Part shown: positions 23,185 through 38,036 of the stretch, in pieces
Position numbering within the stretch: position 1 is the stretch's first letter
How the letters are laid out: each line of letters begins with the position of its first letter
Origin: Paecilomyces variotii
Taxonomy: Eukaryota
Assembly (NCBI GenBank): GCA_004022145.1
Contig: RCNU01000021.1
DNA: 46,771 nt
Strand: one strand, 5' to 3'
Position numbers and translations under genes: made by a program
Notes under the pieces: model-generated
Told to the model about the DNA's origin: nothing
The model's input: only the letters and a program-made list of their open reading frames with translations
Databases searched by the model: none

Positions 23185-26100
23185 GGACACCGAAGTCTTT
23201 CACAATCTCTTACTTTCCTTTTCTCTTCCTCTTAATTACTGCATCATCGGGATAATATGCAATCCGGGGCGAATAGATATTTGGATATTCAACTGTTGCT
23301 TTGGTCGCTACGAAGCTGCTCACTCTAACTCTTGACGTTTGCTACGTTACTAGGCCACAAGGGCGATAATTCCTGCGGACTTCTATTGCTTTCTTTCCAA
23401 CAACTTCTTATTGGTCACTCAGGAAAGAGATTCTGGTTTTTTTCTTTAATATCGGGTTGTCTCCTTTCTCTACCATCAATGTCACGTGGTCTCCCTCTTG
23501 CGCCTCACGTCTGCATCTGCTGAGGCTCTGTGATTTCTCTTTGGCCTAAAGGTCTTCTGGCATGATAGAATGAATGCAGGGAGACTGGAACCTCCGTTGC
23601 TTCATGGAATGATTCCCAATTTTGCGATTATCTCGAGACGAGTCGCCGCTTGCCGGGGATGTCCGGCAGCGCTATTCAATATGCTTGTTCTGGCCCCTTT
23701 TTTTGGTTCATGGGAAAAGAAAATAAAAATAAAAATAATAGTGTACAGAGCAGAAGGTTGCCCGTCTAGGATCGTTTTTACAGCCTCATATTGAAGGCAA
23801 GAAACATTTCCCTGTCGCCTAGAAAGCCGAAAGGCCCGAGTACTATACTGATCAGGAAAACGCTGATCTCAGTTAGTATCTGTGCAATCCCTGTTGAACC
23901 TGTACCTGTACCACATTTGTTTCCTTTCACTTGTTGGTGTATTACTATTCATCTCTTCTGGTTGTTAGTTACGCCTTGTTCGATGGAAGGCATCATTGGC
24001 CCCCCGCAGCAGTATCTGATAACAGTACCCAATGTTGGAATCAAGGGGATATGTTGATCTCTCATTGCATGACGGTTCCATCGACCAATCTTGCCGGTGC
24101 AGATACATGAGTCTTCAGCATCGACTGAATGAAGCGCCACTTGTTAGAGACTACTAGGGAGTGTCAAAGTGTCGACCAGTCGTTTTTCTCATTTCCGAGG
24201 TGTTGGTTAATCGGTTAGCTAGTCGCCGCTGTTGGCTGATCTTCAGGGATGCTTGTTTCCAAATTGCGGCTGTACTGCCCCGGAAAAATGGTCAACCACT
24301 TCTAGGGCTTCCAACGGTGCGAAATGGGCCTAGGATCTCTCTGGTGTTTCCTTCCGAAGATCTGCCTGTCATCTGGCAAGTGTCTTTCCTATTCCACAAT
24401 GCGCACAGCGCAGAAGGCGCGATCTGTGTCTAACTCTGAAGTTGATTTAGCCAAAAATAGTAGGACGGAATCGGCCCCCTCTATCCAAGCAGCCACAGTT
24501 GATTTGACTCTCAAAAGATTGGCTGACACAATGACTGACTTCTCCAAATGTGTCCTCTTCTGTCTAGGTTCATGCAAATCAGTCTTCTAGCCGTGATCCT
24601 TCGTTGGTCATGGAATCACCAGCATTGTGGTCCGCTGGGAAAGACAAGCGGCCATTGGCGAGATTATTTCCTACCAGACTGTCGTTGAAGAATAAGAGGT
24701 TAACCATGTGGAGACACAACCGGACGCTTCTCAAATATCAGAGCGAGTGGGCCATTCTCGCCTTGTCCTCTCACTGAGCCCGTAGGACACCTTCACCATT
24801 CACTATTTAGTCCACCCGCGCCCCGGGGATCTTCCCGAGGCCATGACGCCTAATATCGCTTATGGTAGAAGCTCGGAGATCATGGAACATCGAACATGGT
24901 AGGCAGCGGGACTGGTGACAAAGATTGCCAGCTGCCCCAGGCTTACCTGTCTCGGAGATCGGAACGACTATCCTAGAGACGGTCTGCCACGCCGTCTGTA
25001 GTAATAAATGCACAGTTCCGCTTGGACGCTGGGACGTGCATCCAGGAATTTTTTTGGAGCGCCCCTGATGCGACGCCTCCATGGGCCGTTCTACACTAGA
25101 GGATGCACACGTTATTCTTGCCTGCAATCTCAACCAATGCAAAGCGCCAAAAACCCAGGGGTCATGACACTTCTAAGTTCTAAGACCGAATGGTCGAGTC
25201 GCCACCTCACAAGCGCCGCATACTTAGGCGCCGCCTCGATGGTTGCGGCACCCCAGAATGGAACCAACGTTCGTTTCCTCCGAATGAGGTCTGCTCACTG
25301 GACCGTCGACTGACAAGTGACAAAACCCAACAATTGAGTCAAGTGCATATTCAAGTCAATTGGACTAACTAACTAATAGATAGCTGGCCCGTCTATCTAT
25401 GTCTGCGGGACTGTGAAGAACGGGAAATACGGCTCTGAACAGGGGTTAGCCAAGCTGCTTAAGTTCATTTAACTACACTTTTGAACTGTCTGAACAATTA
25501 GATGGCCACTTTTATCTATGTACGTTCATGCATGAGCATATCCCTGAAAGAGGAAATTTGAGTTCTCTGCGTTGGTCGAATCCTTGCAATTTGGTCCATA
25601 CGATTCTGGAAGGTCACGCTATGGTGATACCTTGATGGCTAAATAATAATAATAATGCTGGCGATTCGGGCGGAAAATCACTATCGACTCAGTTTACCCG
25701 GGACTGGTTTTGCGGAGACGAATATCTCACTATTTGATGACACGTCTGACACCCCAAGAGGCTAGACCTCTGACTAGTGGTTCTCTCTCTCTCTCTTGGC
25801 TTTCTTTGTCAGGCATTGCAGATATGGTAGTATGGTAATGACAAGCAATCCCATCTACACTTATGCCCCATTCCGATCTTCTCTCCGAGAGACTATCTAG
25901 CCATCATTATTACGCCATTTTCAGTCTTCTTTCTCTTCAGAAGCCTGATCACAAGTCTATAGGACTTAGTTCTGGTTGCAATTATTGGCAACTATTGTAT
26001 GAATCGCGTCTCGGGTAATTCAGACGTTATTTTGATCGGCGTAAATAGTCACGGTGAATGACAGATTTTTGCGCATCAACGCACGTCAAACTTAAGATTA

Positions 26101-27586
26101 TTTACAAAAGTTCAGGCCCTGTCAGATGGTAGACTGTGATATGCGAAATACGTCATGTGTTACCTGCAAGCTGCGGACAGATGTTACTCTACGAGTCTAC
26201 TAACTAACTGGTTATTAGTTGAGTACCATAGTTACGAGGAGAACTTTGAATCAAGAGATTCGAAAAGAATTTATGTTAGAACTTCGAGCTTGACAAGTAA
26301 ATCGGGTTGTAGGTTTGATATCGTTTCTCTCTCCAAAGGGTTGAAACTCCGGAACTTCTCTGGCAGCCCTTATTCGATCAAGTTGATCCAGGTGAGGTGA
26401 ACTAGATGTTTCTGCAGAGACACATCGACAGCTGTGCTGCATGAAGAACGAGTACGGCTGATATTTGGTACGCCAGGGAGAGTAACAGCAGCTTTGATGT
26501 CATGATAATGTCCGATCAAGAATATACTGAAGTTCACTGTCGCTGCCTCGATTATTTGCGGGTATGACTTATCGAGTTCAATTGCTCGATGGTGTTGAGT
26601 GATGCGACGGCATTTTCTTCATGCTTGATAGAAACCCACGACGTCATTGACCTCCGTTGAAGGATGAGGTGAAGTCATCTGCTGCTTTTACTGTCTTTGG
26701 CGTGGTTGATGTTTGGCCATCCGCACAAGTCGACCTTGGTGACGGACCAGACCTCGCTCAAATCCGACTCTCGCATCACCCTCGGACTACAGAACGCATT
26801 GGAACCGTACTCTCAAATGCTGTATGACGACGTCGCAAGTATCTACGTGGTTGATTGCGCGACAGAAACTTGCTACATATGGTACGGTTTCATCCATACG
26901 CGATCCGTGTTTTCTGCAACGGGTCAAAAGTACAGCCCCATTCGCAAAGCAGGCAGATCAAGCTCGATACCGTAGTGTACCTCGCATTTCCCGGGTGATC
27001 GACCGTACTTTTGAGAGCCAAAGTCAGCACTTTCTTCATCTTCAGCTTTGCAGAATGTCGGTCTGACAGGGGGGGAGACAAAGGTTGTTTCCACATCCCA
27101 GCCGCACATCACTATCTCCGGGTCTTTTTTTCTCAAGCCGAAAATGGTCATTGCGGTGGGATTTATGTCAGGTTCAGCGTGTAGTACTGGGTAGCAGTTC
27201 ATTCCAAGTCTTCTTTATCTAGTCGTCCTCCAGCTCTGCAGATATGCCTGACGGTACACCGCTGGTGACTTGCACTGAACTCTGATCTGTGACACCGTCA
27301 TTCTTATGGTCACAGAGATTGAGAACGATGGTTCCATTCCATTGAAGAAGGTGATCGAAGTGAGCGAGCATCAGCAGAGGAATTGTTGATGTAGACAGTA
27401 GACTAAGTAGACTGTTAACGTCGTTGTGGGGATGATCTTTTTGCCGCTTCTCACCGCCAGCACGTGCGGGCGGCCTGACAGGACCCCGTGATTTTGCCTT
27501 CAGGGGCCAGAATCAGATTATTATTTACAATTAATTATTCGCCTTTCTTTGCGATTCCGCTCCTCCACGCCGTTCTTGCGACCAAG

Positions 27587-28602
<1,016 letters not shown>

Positions 28603-29299
28603 TCGCAGTGATTCCCATGGTGTTATTAGTTTGTTATTCATAAGTAATGCCGGATAGGCACAAGAGTATATTTGTTGATATTTGCGCATTCGAGAGAAAC
28701 CGGCAGTTGCATCGGGAGCGATATTTGGATACCAATTATGCGAGCATACCTGCATTCAACCCGTCATACCATAGATGGGTTCGCATATTATTTTTCTAGA
28801 AGAAATCAGAAATTTTCATCCTCGTGATGTGATGTTCTAACCATACGCGGAGGAGAGTAGGATTGACGACCAAAATCTCGTGAATATTCAAAGAAGACAA
28901 CCATCCTCATCGACATTCACAGCCCCATTTCCAGATCATTCCCCAGCAGAAATGTTCAAGCGCCATCATCCGACTACAACCTTTCACTGCCCTGATGGAC
29001 CCATCAATGAATTCGATGAAGGGGTCTTACCACTCTTTTCTGCATCTACTTATTTCCCTCTCTCGCATTCTAACTCTTCGTCCCTTCCATCAACCTCTGC
29101 GCACAGTACAGTACTTCTCCCTTTCAGGCCGTAGCCTTTGCGGGATATAGAGTTATAAAACACTCCCCTTCATACCATTCCATGACCGCAAGGGTAACTT
29201 ATATATAATTAAGTAGATGCCGTTGATATTTTTGTATTCCTGAGCTCTAGTCCTTTTCACCAACAATTATAATTCGCATGTTGAGTTCTTTCTTCGTCT

Positions 29300-32200
29300 C
29301 TTTACGTGGAGATTTTCTGATATATGTTGAATCCGGTACATTGCGTTGTGCTCTGTCGGAAAACCAGCTTTGGCTACTATAAGCATCGACAACGGGACCT
29401 TCGTGGTTGGTTTCGAACAGATCATTTTAAGCTTTTAAATCACACCAAGAGAGACCGACGTCACATTTGGCGATCAGGAGTCACAGGAGATTGGAATTCA
29501 TGTATGGATTGTACCGTCCTTAATTGACCAAGTCGTCAAATGGCGCGAAGATCTTGATTCAGATATGTTTGAGCATGTCTGTATCGATGCAACTTTTTGG
29601 ACTGAACGGCTTTCAGAAGCAAGTACAGGACACCATAGCGATATTCAAGAATCAGTTGTGTGATCACCATTATGCGGAGCACCTACCCTACACTGGCCAT
29701 TGGAACACTGGGTTCATTTGACCGCTCGAGTCGAGGGCATCTGGAGAACTATCAGATGCTAGAATATTTCATACAACTCGTGTACACGTGCGATTGCACA
29801 AGAGAAGCAGAACAAATTCTAACTTCTTTCTCAAACTATAATGTCAGGGCCTTCAACTGGTAACCTGGGACAAACCAATGGGACGAACGCAAGTGAAACC
29901 GAGATCGGACCAGCGAGGCAGTAGTCTGCTTGGTGGCTTGTGAGTGTTCGATTACCATGGATTTGGTACTTACTTCTAGCCGAAGTGGAAAACAGGACGT
30001 TATATAAGTATCGGCACAATTATTTCCGACTCGACTCCTCCTGATCATATGATTATTTCTGTCTCAAAATCGTTTGATTGTTCTGAACACCATATTTTGA
30101 ATATGATACTGGATGACCGATATCCGTCTAACCCACCCACCGAGGAAGTCAAGCAAACGTGGGCTTGCCCAGAAACGCCACGCACAGTCGTCTCTGACAA
30201 GGTCGAGGAAGAAGGAAAGGGCCAAGAGAGAGTTCGTCAACGAAGCGGAAGCGGAGGATAGCCTCACGGACGGCAAGAAGTCCGAGCAAGGAACCTCCAG
30301 GGGAAGACATTTCAACATGCCCAAACGATCTGGGATCCGGCTCACGCGTTACAAAAGAGTAGTTCCTGCTCTTTGGGACGTTATTCCTTGCAGTCGAGGA
30401 GTCCTTCGATCTTAATATCTTTGGTCTCTCTGTCGAATATTGAGACTCCGGTAATATTCTTTAGGCGAATACGGATTTCTAAGCGTATCTGCAGAGGATT
30501 TCTGGCAGGCTGTAGCCACGATTCTTAGCCAATGGCATTAAGATATTTTGTTCAAGGTGCTATTAGCATAACAGCAGTGTGCTGTGCTGTTGTGGGCTTT
30601 GGAATTTCAACAGGTGCCGGAAGTAAGTTGTTTTTATGCCAACAATCTACTATATTTTGTCCTGGTCTAACAATAGTTCAGTACCTGATTTCCGCAGCGA
30701 AAATGGGCTTTTTAAAGCCTTAAAAGAGACCGCTCAGATGGTCGCCTGGATTAAGGAATTCTCGGACCCTGCTCTGAGACCTTGGTGAGTACCACTCAAT
30801 GTGCACTCGAGATGAGAAACTGGGGAGAGGAATATTGCAACTTTTGCAACGACTCCAGCTGACACGGCAGTCAGAGACGCAGAACTGGTGGATATGCAGC
30901 AACTCAATAACCTCCAGGATATGGTCCAAGGAGGAAATTATGATTTTGGTTGCATCCCAAATATCGACGAATCATCTATAGAGACATCCGGCCTCACCCC
31001 TATAGATGATATCGCTTTGGCATCTGCGATATACAAGATGTCGCAACCGGAACAGACTTCTGAAGTACATTCATTGTCTCCGTTGGATCATATTCCTGGC
31101 AGTGTCCATTGGCAATAGCTATCCGGCTCAGATTTCATTCAATATTTCGCAAGAATCAACATTATAGTGTCAATCGTTAGCTGTTGATAAACCGATCGGA
31201 TTCCACCAGTCTATCCCTGTTGGTAATAGCCGGGATCCCCCGAGCCTATTTCTGTTCCGTTACACCACACATTTCAATTTCCACGCCAGTCAATATGATC
31301 CAAAGAACCCTCCTATACAACGTTCTACGATTACTCGTTCAGAACACGGATGCGGCAAGACATTTGCAAAACGGAGATCACTTCAATCTCATATCTCCAG
31401 TACTCACAGATGGACTTCAAGAGTATACGAATATGGATACATAAGATATTTATAACCAGCACTAGTTACCACAAACATCAAAAGGACTGGTATAACAACT
31501 TATGGGCATCTCTGAAGTGCAGTGTGCGGGGCTGTCTATCCAATAATATCTTCAAATCGCGAATGCGATGGAGGCACCATTTACGACTTCAGCACCACTT
31601 TGGTCCGGATCAGATAGCTATATACCTCCCTCATCAAGGATCTAAATCAGTGGAGTGGAGGGTTACAACTGACGCCCTAAAATGTCCATTGGGGTGTTGA
31701 TCCAAGCCTTTTCAGGGTCGACATTTTGTCAAGACCCATCTCATGAGCAAACAACATGGCCAGACAGAGGCCGAAGCTCACGAGAAAATGGGATGGCAGC
31801 TGCCTGCTTCGAAGTAACAGGTCTATATGCTCAAAGATGTGTTGTCTATATACTTAAAGATATATTGGAGAAGGCAAACTCAAGGCTGGGGGCCAACAAG
31901 TGGGATCCAAACCCACTTAAGTACAGCAGCCGTGATTTGTTCAAAGGTCTGCTGGGCATCGGGGAGATATGTGATATCATTGTTGAGTCGCTCGAACACG
32001 GAAATCGAAAAAACCTCTCCCTCGCTAGCAATTCGGGTGCTAAGATGGTCTATGATCGGGTTCTATACTACCGGTCCGGTTGTCAGGGATTCTGGAGACG
32101 CGAGTTCAGCCATACTTACTCCGACCGACGAGGGCTGGGTGGCCACTGCGCCTAACACCACCAGGATCCTGAGATGGGAGGGCAGCATCGGCGACTTGTC

Positions 32201-32600
32201 TGGTCAGCATGAGCGTGGCGTATGCCACGGATTACTCCATCTGTTGATGGTTAGTCAGTCGTTGCGGAGATTGGAAGTTGTTTCAGTCAACGATTTCTCA
32301 CCCCATTGGGTGACAATAACTCGCATGAAGGACTTCCCCAAATTGGAGCCCCGGCAGGATGCCACCAAGTGGTCTGTTTTCTTCTCTATCTACATTTCTG
32401 TTCTCTTTCTCCTTTTCCACCACAGACACGGAGCATTGAAAACTTCTTCAAACCCATTTCCGTGGAAATAGCTGCAATTTACTATCACCGGTTGGGAAGG
32501 GACGCCGATGCAGGAGAGATACGAAATCCAGGAACTCTCCTACTCTGTGTATGACACCCTTGCCCCAAACACGTCTAATATTGCTATTGGACGCGTTTCC
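29300..32600 (+). pseudogene. Probable decayed remnants of one or more unidentified genes, including a C2H2-like finger and an F-box-like segment
   Basis: Protein-like segments broken by stops and frameshifts. 'LKCSVRGCLSNNIFKSRMRWRHHLRLQHH' (~31510-31600) has C-x4-C...H-x4-H spacing. 'LLGIGEICDIIVESLEHGNRKNLSLAS' (~31950-32030) loosely resembles an F-box. Intron-like GTAAGT..CTAAC..CAG at ~30623-30681. The family is not recognised. Confidence 0.35.
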
Positions 32601-33115
32601 AGGTAAAGGAAGGTGCTAACAATCTAATCACAGTTTGAAGATATTATTCATTTCTCAGCATTTCCGCGTGGGGGGTTAGGGCCTGCCCCCAGACCAAGAG
32701 CCTTGTCCCTCTGCAGAAAGTCATGATCCCTCTGATGAAGAATCCCCGGGACATTAGCATCGAGATGTTCGAAATGCCTGTGCGATACTCAGGGTCGTCG
32801 CCGGGATTGGGGCCTAGATGCCCTCGAGGTAGTGGAGAGGGAATGGACTCGGGTGCAGAGCCGATCACAAACGGCTTTTAGTTCATTGTCGGTTCGGTGA
32901 CTACGCTGGAACGGTTTTCGTGTCGTGAAGAAAGCAAGCGAAGGAAACGGGAGAAGTGAACTACATATTTTAAGTAACGAATGGAATGGAAAGACCGCTG
33001 CTTCTAGTAAGCGCGATGGCTGGAATACGATTCATGAGTCGACTATAGCTAGTTACTACCTGTATATAATAGACTTTGGTCCGAAATAGATATCATCATA
33101 AGCTTAAAAATAAAC

Positions 33116-35045
33116 TTATTCCACAGACTTCTTCTTCAAATCTTCCTTTATGATATCCGCTCCCCTCTCAGCAACGGCAAAGACTATCGCCTGGATGTTT
33201 CCTCTAGGGATAAGTGGGATTATACCGGCGTCAACTACTCGTAAGTTCTTCGTGCCGTACACCTTCAATCGGTCGTCCACGACGCCGCCCTGCTCGCGAG
33301 GCATCATTGCTGTTGTTCCAACAAGGTGGTAGTGAGGGACGAGGCGATCTCTAGTCAGTTGTCGCGCGGTATCTAAGTCGATTACGGGTTTGTCGCTATG
33401 CAGACGACGGCCGCCACTCTTTATCAGAGAGACCATTGGCTCCGTAGATGCGAGCGTGTCCAGCCACTTCGTATGTCTAGCATGAATCTCGAGGTCGAGA
33501 GGATGAGAGAAGAATTTCGGATCGAACAAGGGAAGGTCATAGGGGTCCTTGGATGTTAAGTGTACATGACCACGGGAGAAGGGGCGGTTGAGCACAGAGA
33601 CAATACTGACGAAGCATTCTGGCTCAAGCATTCCGAAAACGTCTTTCGGGGTGGGACCTTTCTCAGGAGTAAGCTGGAACGGCGCCAATGTATACTGTCC
33701 GGAGGGTTCTGTTTCATCCTCGAGAATCTTTCGCAAGACGCGATACTGGACCTCCTGACCAGGGAAGCTTGGGTACTGGTAGTCTTCAAGGTATCTTTTG
33801 ACCAGCCCCTTCATCTCGCCATCCTGCAGTTCGGGCAGCGTCATGAATGCAGATGCCAGCGGGCAGAGACCCAGTGGACCAGCGCCAGAATGCTGTTGCC
33901 AAGCATCCATAGCAGCCTGTGCCACTTCTGGGATACGAAGAGCCTCTCCAGACTGTTGTCCCTCTGCAATCTCCCAGCTAAAAGGCACAAAACCATGTTC
34001 TTGCAGGTTCTCTCCAACGTTCGGGTTGTCCACGATGACCTCGATGTCATGCTTCTTTAGGAGCTCGCTTCCTCCAATCCCGGATAACTCTAGCAGGTGC
34101 GGCGTCTTAATGGTTCCGGCAGAAAGAATGACTTCAGTAGCAGCAGAAGCGGTCCTCCGGACTCCATCCTTCGCGGTAAACTCCACGCCAGTCGCTGATA
34201 CCGTACCGTCAACATTTTTCTTCAAGACAACTCTCTCAACAGTGGCATCTGTGACCACGCGTAGGTTAGGTCGTTTCGCAACTTCTTCGTTGTAGTAGGC
34301 GACACCAGCATGACTTCGTGTCCTGTTCTTCGGATCGATAGTCGCCGGATTACAGAATGCCCCCTTAGCCACCCCTGAAATGGGATCGCCAGTAAGCTTA
34401 TGGTTGAGGTTCTCGAATACCTTGGGCCAAGCCGCCATGAAGGTTGGAAAGGGACCATCTCCAAACGAGATCTGAATTGGTCCATTTCCTCCCTGAAGCG
34501 TCTCTTCGATATAGTCTAGAGACAGTTGTTCGCGGATAGCAGGATTCGGGGCCGTGAAAGTCTCAGATTTCCGGAGGTATTGCGAAAGAGCGTCCCAGTT
34601 CCATCCTGGATTCCCCAGCTCTTCCCACGCATCGACGTCTCTCTTGCTAGGATAAATGACCATACCCAGGTTGATGGCCGACGAGCCTCCCAGGGTACGG
34701 CCCTTAGTTTCCGCTATTTGGCGTCCATTGAGGCCTTCCTATAACGAAACGGTATTCAGAAAATGTTTCTCCACAGCATTCATTGACCGGAGGACTGTTT
34801 ACCTGCGGAGGGCTGGTGATGCGCCAGTCGAAATCCGGGTCCCAGTAGGTACTGGCTGCCAGTCCTGGCACGGAAATTCGAGGGTCATCAACACGATTGC
34901 TACCAGCTTCAAGGACGAGAACTTTGACACTAGGGTCCTCAGTGAGACGATTGGCAATCACAAGTCCAGCTGTACCGCCTCCGACTACAACAAAATCGAA
35001 AGATTGGGAGTCCAGGCCATCGACGGAGGAAGTGTCTCGAGCCAT
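33116..35045 (-). CDS. GMC (glucose-methanol-choline) oxidoreductase, AA3-type, about 621 aa. Exons 35045-34803, 34738-33116
   Basis: Rossmann motif 'FDFVVVGGGTAGLVIANRLTE..VLVLEAG', 'GRTLGGSSAIN', 'EVILSAGTIKTPHLLELSGIG', 'VGENLQEH', 'YHLVGTTAM', 'GGVVDDRLKVYGTKNLRVVDA', 'GNIQAIVFAVAER'. One 64-nt phase-0 GT-AG intron. Confidence 0.95.
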
Positions 35046-35843
35046 CTCTGATATAAATCGTGGTGGGGAGATGCGAATAAGCAATCAGTCTTCGTTCTCA
35101 CCAAAGGTGCGAGTTTCACTGGTATTAGGTATTTGCCCGTGGCATGGTTCTTAAAGGTATTGGGGGGCCTTAATCCATATTGCTTTGGCCCCAACAGACC
35201 CCGGGCGCTCCTGTACGGAGCACTGAGGGGTCGTTCGTTTTGCGATTGCTGCTCGAAATAATACAATGGTTGTGACTATTATCTAGTGCACTGCTGGAGC
35301 AGGTTAAGTCTTCGGTCGTCCCACCTTCTGCCCGGATAATAGACGAAGCAGCCATCCCGTATGAATGCATTCATGACTGCTGCCATTGTAGCCGGTTCAA
35401 TCTGCGTGCGCTTTCAAGCGCCAAAAATCCGTGTCATTTAGTCTGCCTAGGTGCTGTCTCCTTGTAGCAGCTCCTCCGACCACGGGCCTTTCGATTATTG
35501 ACTCGTGATGGGATTGGCGCCTCATGTCATGGCCATTAAAATTGGAACGGCTGCTAACAGGATGGCCCGCATGGTCTAAATCCTCTATGGGAACTCGCGG
35601 GCCGCTAGCTGGATGGCGTGTCGAAATCCCCAGCGTTATTCCGTCCACAGGCTCCAAAGATGCGCAAACTGAGTCGAGTAGGACTCAGGAGGCTCTTTGC
35701 TTCTGTAGACATCTCCGTAATAATGGGTACATGCTGCAGATTTTCCAAGGAATCATGTACTGTATACATAATCACAGCGTTCCGGCAGTGTGGGTGTGAT
35801 AGATGAACCGAACGATTTAAGCCCACTGTTAGTTAGTTCAAGC

Positions 35844-36010
35844 TAGGGGTGGCATTTGAAATTCAAAATTTCATGAAATTCGTGAAATAAAATGTCTTGA
35901 AATGAAAGTAAAGGTCTGTCTGAAATTTTGAAATACGCTAATAAATTAGTATGGTAGATCCGACCTACTTGATATCTGAAGATATCCTGATTTAAAACAG
36001 CTGAAATTTA
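35844..36010. repeat. hAT terminal inverted repeat with clustered TGAAAT/ATTTCA subterminal repeats
   Basis: TAGGG-type end followed by about eight TGAAAT copies within ~170 nt. The partner TIR is not in the window. Confidence 0.6.
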
Positions 36011-37600
36011 AAGCGATCTAACTCCTAGAAAATATCGCTTTTATAGCCAGTAAAGATATTGAACTTTCTGGATTCTATTGCCTGCTATTTAAGCATTAAA
36101 ATAAGATCTTTTCCCTATTAATTAGCTGCTAGGAGTAGCCGGTAAGGATTCTTTAATAGCTTCGCCCAAGAGTCCCTATATAAAATAGGTCTTCTCTATT
36201 TCTTAATTCTTTAAAGCCAGCAGCTTTGCTTTAATATCCCCTTTAGTATAATAGTTTATACCTACATTTATTTCCTATAGAACACGCGAGTTTATATAGA
36301 TATAGATAAGCTTATCTACACTATTAGGGCTCAATATATTATAAAGCTTTATATACTAGAGGTTTATAGCTAAAAAGGAATATTTAGAAGTAATAGAGTT
36401 GGCAGTTATTTTAAGCAGCTATATAGTAAAATTTATAAGATTTAGCATTATTATAGTCTAATAAATTATATAAATTAATAAATTATAAAAGTAGTAGAAT
36501 AAGAGCTATACTATTACTCTTTAAAAAGATTTAGTATTAAGCTATTTCTAGTAATACGCGTCTTTATAAAAAGCTTCAGTTCGCCCTCTAAAGTAATAAA
36601 AATTAAGCATTGCTTATTTACTAATATATTAATAGATTATATAGTAAATATTATTATTATAATCCTTAAAGCTCTTATAATAAGTATTAAGATTTAGAAA
36701 ATAAGCAGTCTAATAAAGCCTAGTAAGCTAACTCTCTAAATAATTGCTTTATTTAATATTTAAATAGATACTAATTTTATAAGTAAAGAATTATAGGGAA
36801 GCGCTTTATAATATAAGATATTGCTATATTTCTATTTATTGCTAGGCTATTTAAATTATTAGTAATACTATAATCTAAGTTATAATAGTGCTTATTATAG
36901 AAATATTTAATTCTATATTCTTTAAATCTAATTAATAAGTATAGATTAACTTAATAAGTAATATTAAATTTATTAATAACTCCTAGAACTATAGTAATAA
37001 GATTTCTAATTTTATAGGTAAAATTATAGGGAATTCCTTAGCCTATTATTTAATCGCCTTATTACTGCAGTAGATTAAATAAAGTATCTTATATTATAAT
37101 CCCTATTAAATAATAATATTTAAGATTAAAGATATTTATTTCTTATAAATCTTAAGCTAAAGATTTTAAAAAATTATATATTATTTAGAAGAGCTTTAAA
37201 AGAAAGTAATAATCCTTTTTATAATATTAAAGATATTATTATAGTATTAATATAGAAGATAGAATAATTAATCTACTGGCTAATGCTTACCTAATTTAGA
37301 AGAGTAAGGTTTAAACTCTTCTAAATTATATAAGGAGTTATATAATCTTATAAAAATATCTTTAGCATATAGCTTAATTTAAATTTAAGCTTCTTAAGCT
37401 ATATTTTATTTACTAAGCCTGCCTGTAATAGCTTATTCTAGTTTAAATTAGCTAAGTAAAGACTCTATAGCTAGTCCTAATATTAATTACCTTATTTTAT
37501 TTATTTTAACCCGCTCCTTAAGCCTATACTTTAATATTATATAGCTTCTATCTAAGAGTTAATACTATTAATAATATTTGCCCTAATTCCCCTATTTCTA
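35844..37600 (-). mobile_element. hAT-superfamily DNA transposon, 3' portion, RIP-mutated; right boundary approximate
   Basis: Terminus TAGGGGTGGCA at 35844 with subterminal TGAAAT repeats. On the minus strand, reversing C>T/G>A changes gives the hAT dimerisation motif 'LL.T.ANS(V).S(ER)SF(S)A(M)NL..TKL(R)N.LSP..VDKL.YI..NSRVL' (~36420-36278) and 'LIL(SV)I(TR)WG.QY' (37132-37100). Confidence 0.8.
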
Positions 37601-38036
37601 CTAACTATCTTAAATAAGTTTATTAAATATATTACTGCTAGCTATAAGCTAAAATAGTATAAATACTATTACCTAATATATAAATATATTAATAAAACTA
37701 AGACTACTATAGCGGGGAGAATCGGCGTAAAGAATATAATTAGTTAAGAGATTATATGCTTCTACTTAAAGTCTTTAAAAAGTCTATAAGTAAAGCAGTA
37801 GAGAATAGGGGGAGATACTTTTTAATTACTTAGAATAAAATAATTAGCTTTATTTTTCTATTATTATTTAGTATTAGTTTAATATTAGATTATTATTAGT
37901 TTACTATGTTAGTTTATAGCTAGAGCTTTTTCTCTAACTTTACTCTAAGCTTTAAAGGTAAATACCCTTCTTTTTCTTTTTAATACCTACTCGCTTAAAG
38001 ACTCTATATTAAGTCTTAATATATTTTCTTATAACA
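37600..38036 (+). repeat. Putative 5' LTR of the Gypsy element; start uncertain
   Basis: Non-coding-looking stretch with a TATA-like CTATAAGTAAAG (37784), AATAAA (~37834) and a terminal ...ATAACA at 38036 just before the gag region. No second copy is in the window to confirm it. Confidence 0.4.

Noticed and set aside
26400..27350. Short ORFs on both strands upstream of idi1
   Set aside because: No recognisable domain or splice model; cannot be told apart from intergenic noise without a search.
27426..27493. SRE-like (ATCATCCCCAC on -) and E-box CACGTG motifs upstream of idi1
   Set aside because: Imperfect short matches that are expected by chance; plausible but unsupported.
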